Below are positions 59,933-64,000 of a DNA stretch of 64,000 nucleotides, piece after piece. Under the pieces are notes generated by a model that saw only the letters and a list, made by a program, of their open reading frames with translations, ran no database searches and was not told the origin of the DNA. The translations under genes and the position numbers were made by a program. Position 1 is the first letter of the stretch. Each line of letters opens with the position of its first letter. Source of the stretch: Alphaproteobacteria bacterium (GTDB lineage: Bacteria; Pseudomonadota; Alphaproteobacteria; Rs-D84; SZUA-605); assembly GCA_031549385.1 (NCBI GenBank), contig JAVBPW010000001.1, positions 288,001 to 352,000 on the forward strand, read 5' to 3'.

Positions 59933-60006
59933 TGGTTGGGGTATAAGGATTTGAACCCTAATTCACGGTACCAGAAACCGCTGTCCTACCATTAGACGAT
60001 ACCCCA
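59933..60006 (-). tRNA. tRNA-Gln(CTG)
   Basis: TGGGGTATCGTCTAATGGTAGGACA-GCGGT-TT-CTG-GT-ACCGT...GGTTCAAATCC..TACCCCAACCA; U1-A72. Confidence 0.95.
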
Positions 60007-60053
60007 AATTGTTTGCATAATATAATACAATTTTATTTGGTGCAACGGAAATA

Positions 60054-60091
60054 AAAAATAGTATATAACTTTTATGTCATATACTATTTTT
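60054..60091 (-). terminator. Terminator-like hairpin after 60096-60677 gene
   Basis: aaaaatagtatat...atatactattttt. Confidence 0.55.
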
Positions 60092-60095
60092 AATG

Positions 60096-60677
60096 TCATT
60101 CAAAAGGGCATTCCATCATGAAGATGTCTACCACTGAAGTTCTGTCCTTGTCTTCGGTATGACCGACTATGAAATTTTTTACATAGGCTTCTCTGGAATT
60201 AGCTTCTTTACCCCAAGCGCTGCCATGCCATGATACTTCATATCCTTTTTGTCTCATCGCATAAGCAATTTTATGCACAGTGTCTTCAAGGTTAAGTTTG
60301 CGAAATTCTCCAAGTGTTTTACCAGCAAATTGTAACTTCTTACCATCAAGTGTTAAAGATTCCATGAATGCTTTTACATTTTCCCAATTTCTTGATCCTA
60401 TTTCCCATGGGTTGCCATTGAGAAAATTTCCGAAAATGAAACGACCTGATTCCAATAGAATACTCATACCGAAAAAATCGTCTTTGAATTCTTCGTTAAG
60501 TTCTTTCAAAACCCATAATTGTTTGCCTTTTATATATACAGGTTCAAAATGTGAAGAACTTAAAAGAGAAGGTTTTACTTCACTGTATTTTTTGCAAGCT
60601 TCTTCGAATACTTCTAAATCTATATCCAAAGATGTAGCAAAGGATAATAATGCTTTTACTTGATCACTCTGATTCAT
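60096..60677 (-). CDS. Hypothetical protein
   Basis: 193 aa ORF with its own terminator; no family recognised. Confidence 0.65.
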   Translation of the reverse strand: MNQSDQVKALLSFATSLDIDLEVFEEACKKYSEVKPSLLSSSHFEPVYIKGKQLWVLKELNEEFKDDFFGMSILLESGRFIFGNFLNGNPWEIGSRNWENVKAFMESLTLDGKKLQFAGKTLGEFRKLNLEDTVHKIAYAMRQKGYEVSWHGSAWGKEANSREAYVKNFIVGHTEDKDRTSVVDIFMMECPFE

Positions 60678-60810
60678 GATTATTGTTTTTTTAGATTATA
60701 TGATTTTTTTTCAATTTGATTTATATTATGACTTTTGTCTATCATGATATAAAAAAGAAGTCAACAAAATTCTTGACAAATTAAGCTATTGTTGACTTAT
60801 ATAATATATT

Positions 60811-61539
60811 TTAAATATTTTGCCATTCAAATTCTAATTTAGCACAGTCTTTGCCTGTTTCATTGTTTACTATGATATGGGAAGTTTTGTTATCTTCTGT
60901 TTCTACATATGATGTTACTGATTGGCCTAATTTAGTTTCATTAATGTAATTGATTTTTAAATCTTTCATTACTTTGCCTTTGAAGAAATTTTCTCCAAGA
61001 GTTTCTATTGCCCACCATAAATAAATAGCATTATTTATATGACCATTATAATCAGATTGTTGGAAAAATGTTTCAAATGATTTTCCATTGTTTTTTTCTA
61101 TATCTTTTATTTTTGCAAAAGTTGATTCCATTACTTGATTACGAGAACCTTCTACTAAATCTAAATTATCCAAACGAAGAGGGCGACGAGTTTCTAAGTT
61201 TACTAATATCCATAATGTTAATGCTTTTACAATTACATTACCTTGTTCATCTTGTATTTCAAATGAACGAACTGTTTTTAATCCGCCTATTGCATTTGCC
61301 CATGTTAATATTTTTAAGTTTTCTCTGTATCTTGGCATACGAATTATGTCTATGTCATAATTTAAAAGAAACCAACCAAAGCCTAGTTTTGAAATTTGTT
61401 CAAATCCACCATTTGCTATGTATGCTCCTTCATCAGCTACTACTTGAAGTAGGTTTAAAAGTGGGAATGGTTTGTAGTTTAAATTTTCATCACAGTCTAC
61501 TGCGGGGATTAGGTATCTGGTTTCGTATATGCCTTTCAT
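60811..61539 (-). CDS. Acyl-ACP thioesterase (FatA-like)
   Basis: MPRYRENLKILTW, WILVNLETRRP, DYNGHINNAIY. Confidence 0.9.
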   Translation of the reverse strand: MKGIYETRYLIPAVDCDENLNYKPFPLLNLLQVVADEGAYIANGGFEQISKLGFGWFLLNYDIDIIRMPRYRENLKILTWANAIGGLKTVRSFEIQDEQGNVIVKALTLWILVNLETRRPLRLDNLDLVEGSRNQVMESTFAKIKDIEKNNGKSFETFFQQSDYNGHINNAIYLWWAIETLGENFFKGKVMKDLKINYINETKLGQSVTSYVETEDNKTSHIIVNNETGKDCAKLEFEWQNI

Positions 61540-61549
61540 TTCTTTTCCT

Positions 61550-63232
61550 TTAATCTAATAAGCTTAATCTTTTTATTATTCTTTCTTTGCCCATTATTTT
61601 CATTAATAGGTACATGTTTGGTGTTTGATCACGACCTGTTAAAAGTATTCTAAATACTCTTGCTACATCACTTACATTACCTTTGAATTTTTCTGGTGCT
61701 TCTTTGTATAATTTCATATTAGCGCAATATCCATATTTTTCTGAGAGGTCTTGAATCTTTTTCCACCAATCATCTTGAGTGTCTTTTTCATCATATATAT
61801 TTTTATAGTCATTTAAAATTCCAGTTAAATCAGAATCTGAAAATGTTGAAAGCAATGTTCTTACATTTGCTTTCTTTAAATCGAAGTATTCATCAAAGAA
61901 ATATATAATTTCATTTTTAATGTCAGAATATTTTGTTATATCTTTACGGGAATTTTTTCCAATGTTACGTTCTATATTTAAAATGTCTTCTATATATTTT
62001 GGTTCTTTTTTCATTAAACCAAATAGTTCGCTATCATATTTTTTTGACCATTCAAAAGCTTTAGCAAATAAGTCTTTTGCCGGCATTTGAGCAATTATTT
62101 CCTTTGAAATGCTGTCTAGTTTTATTAAATCAAATAATGCACCTGAGTTGTTTAATTTCTTTGCTGAGAATTGAAACTCTCTCCATTCGGTTGTTGGTTG
62201 GGTTCTTCTCCAATCTTCAAAATTTGAATTTGCTATGTTTAGTAAATATTCTATTACTGCAACTGATGGATAACCTTGTTCGTGATAATATTCTACGTTT
62301 GCTTCAGGATCTTTTCTTTTTGAAAGTTTACGGCGGTTTCCATTTTCTAATTTATCTATTGTTGCTATGTGACCATACTTTGGTGGTTTTTGTCCTATTG
62401 CTTTGAATAGTTGTAAATGCAATGGAACTGATGACAACCATTCTGCTCCACGAATTACATGAGTTGTTCCCATTAATGTATCGTCTACTATATGTGCCAT
62501 GTGGTATGTTGGAAGATTATCTGATTTTAATATTGGAACATCTATATCATAACCGGGGAATTCTATGTTACCACGAATCATGTCTGTATATTTTACTTTG
62601 TCCTCAAATTTGTTTTGTGATTTGAAACGAATTATAAATGATTTACCTTCGTTTAATTTTTTTTCTATTTCTTCAACTGATAAATTTCTGCATTTTGCAA
62701 ATTCACCATAGTAACCTGTTCGTAATCCATTTTTTTCTTGGAATGAATGTTGCTCTTCTAATTCTCCTGGTGTACAAAAACATGGATAAGCTAAATCATT
62801 TTCTAATAAATATTTTATGAATGATTTATATATATCTGCTCTTTGACTTTGATAGTATGGTCCATATTTTCCTATTTCTTCTAAACAAGTTTCATTTGTG
62901 TCTTTTGCACAAGCATAGGCTATTGGACCTTCGTCAAAAATTATATCAAAACTTTTTAGCATTGCAGGGATTAATTCTGCAGTTCCTTTAATTTCTCTTT
63001 TTTGATCAGTATCTTCTATTCTTAAAAATAAAATACCATTTGATTGGTGAGATAATCTTTCTGAAATTAATACTTGATACAATGAGCCCAGATGAACATA
63101 ACCTGTAGGAGATGGGGCAAAACGAGAAACTTTACAGCCCTCTGGTAAATTACGAGATGGGTATTTTATCTTTTGTTCTTCAATAGATAAAATGTTTTTT
63201 CCTAATAATTTTTCGATAAGTTCAAGTTTCAT
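61550..63232 (-). CDS. gltX: Glutamate--tRNA ligase
   Basis: RFAPSPTGYVHLG, LRIEDTD, YYQSQR, PTYHMAHIVDD, KLSKR. Confidence 0.96.
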   Translation of the reverse strand: MKLELIEKLLGKNILSIEEQKIKYPSRNLPEGCKVSRFAPSPTGYVHLGSLYQVLISERLSHQSNGILFLRIEDTDQKREIKGTAELIPAMLKSFDIIFDEGPIAYACAKDTNETCLEEIGKYGPYYQSQRADIYKSFIKYLLENDLAYPCFCTPGELEEQHSFQEKNGLRTGYYGEFAKCRNLSVEEIEKKLNEGKSFIIRFKSQNKFEDKVKYTDMIRGNIEFPGYDIDVPILKSDNLPTYHMAHIVDDTLMGTTHVIRGAEWLSSVPLHLQLFKAIGQKPPKYGHIATIDKLENGNRRKLSKRKDPEANVEYYHEQGYPSVAVIEYLLNIANSNFEDWRRTQPTTEWREFQFSAKKLNNSGALFDLIKLDSISKEIIAQMPAKDLFAKAFEWSKKYDSELFGLMKKEPKYIEDILNIERNIGKNSRKDITKYSDIKNEIIYFFDEYFDLKKANVRTLLSTFSDSDLTGILNDYKNIYDEKDTQDDWWKKIQDLSEKYGYCANMKLYKEAPEKFKGNVSDVARVFRILLTGRDQTPNMYLLMKIMGKERIIKRLSLLD

Positions 63233-63394
63233 GTTATTTGCCTTAAATTAAAGTTACTAGAATTATAATGAACTTGTAGGTTATATCAATAAAAAAATGC
63301 CTTTGGGAAATATTATCCCCTTGCTTTTTTATTTTTTTTCATCTACACTACGTTGCGTAAAATTTGTTAACAAAGCTATTTAAGGAGAATTATA

Positions 63395-64000
63395 ATGGCA
63401 AAAGAAAAATTTGAAAGATCAAAACCTCACGTTAACGTGGGTACTGTTGGACACGTAGATCACGGTAAAACTACTACTACAGCTGCTATCGTTAAATACT
63501 TTGGTGTTGGTGCAGATAAAAGTAAAGGTGTTAATCAAATCGATAACACTCCAGAAGAAAGAGCTCGTGGTATTACTATTAATACTTCACACGTTGAATA
63601 TGAAACAGCAAATCGTCACTATGCTCACGTAGATTGCCCAGGACACGCTGACTATGTTAAAAACATGATCACTGGTGCTGCTCAAATGGATGGAGCTATC
63701 TTAGTAGTTTCTGCTTCTGATGGTCCTATGCCTCAAACACGTGAACATGTATTGCTATGCCGTCAAGTAGGTGTGCAAAAAATCGTTGTATTCATGAATA
63801 AAGTTGATCAAGTTAACGATCCTGAATTGTTAGACTTAGTTGAAATGGAAATAAGAGAATTGTTAAGCTCATACGAATTTGATGGCGACAATGCTCCTGT
63901 TATCCGTGGTTCAGCTTTGGCTGCTGTTGAAGGAAGAGATCCAGATATTGGTGAAAATGCTATCAAAAGATTATTAGAAGCTATTGATACATACTTCCCA
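63395..64000 (+). CDS. tuf: Elongation factor Tu (3' end beyond window)
   Basis: Hand translation [56 protein letters not shown]; SD AAGGAG. Confidence 0.98.
   Translation, partial: MAKEKFERSKPHVNVGTVGHVDHGKTTTTAAIVKYFGVGADKSKGVNQIDNTPEERARGITINTSHVEYETANRHYAHVDCPGHADYVKNMITGAAQMDGAILVVSASDGPMPQTREHVLLCRQVGVQKIVVFMNKVDQVNDPELLDLVEMEIRELLSSYEFDGDNAPVIRGSALAAVEGRDPDIGENAIKRLLEAIDTYFP

Noticed and set aside
1411-62820. Many short antisense or out-of-frame ORFs in the track (e.g. 2066-2650, 15913-16368, 21263-21757, 61068-61553)
   Set aside because: Shadows of well-supported genes; Leu/Phe-rich composition expected from the reverse strand of AT-rich CDSs
63233-63394. T-box leaders before gltX or proS
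   Set aside because: No TGGNACC antiterminator seen; proS lies directly behind infA

Overview
Very AT-rich (roughly 27-30% GC by eye) bacterial chromosome segment, standard genetic code. It is densely packed with housekeeping genes whose signatures point to a divergent, diderm alphaproteobacterium-like organism (inference from LexA N-terminus, RpoH, RlmE, SuhB, ComF, LolC/D, KdsB, AccBC). Recognisable genes include proS, infA, uvrD, tatBC, rbfA, lolCD, uvrA, kdsB, nusB, lexA-like, accCB, rpoH, recJ, comF, rlmE, aspS, dnaE, secA, eno, suhB, tig, a TolC-MacA-MacB-type exporter, gltX and a partial tuf. There are five tRNAs (Gly-TCC, Leu-CAA, Arg-ACG, Asp-GTC, Gln-CTG), all on the minus strand. 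No CRISPR, transposase, integrase or prophage module was seen. Highlights: (1) a complete T-box riboswitch before a non-discriminating aspS, with an ultrashort Stem I (probable Asn specifier in the terminal loop) and an SD-sequestering translational platform, an architecture known from actinobacterial ileS; (2) a family of ~120-125 bp ERIC/RPE-like imperfect palindromes with compensatory base changes, placed right after TAG stop codons; (3) three tandem promoter-motif-terminator units (candidate sRNA array) next to tRNA-Gln; (4) a LexA lacking its cleavage site and catalytic residues; (5) an orphan toxin-like/immunity-like pair separated by mutually exclusive hairpins that overlap the downstream SD; plus several unannotated small ORFs and tandem paralogues. 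All calls are from reading the sequence; no searches were run.
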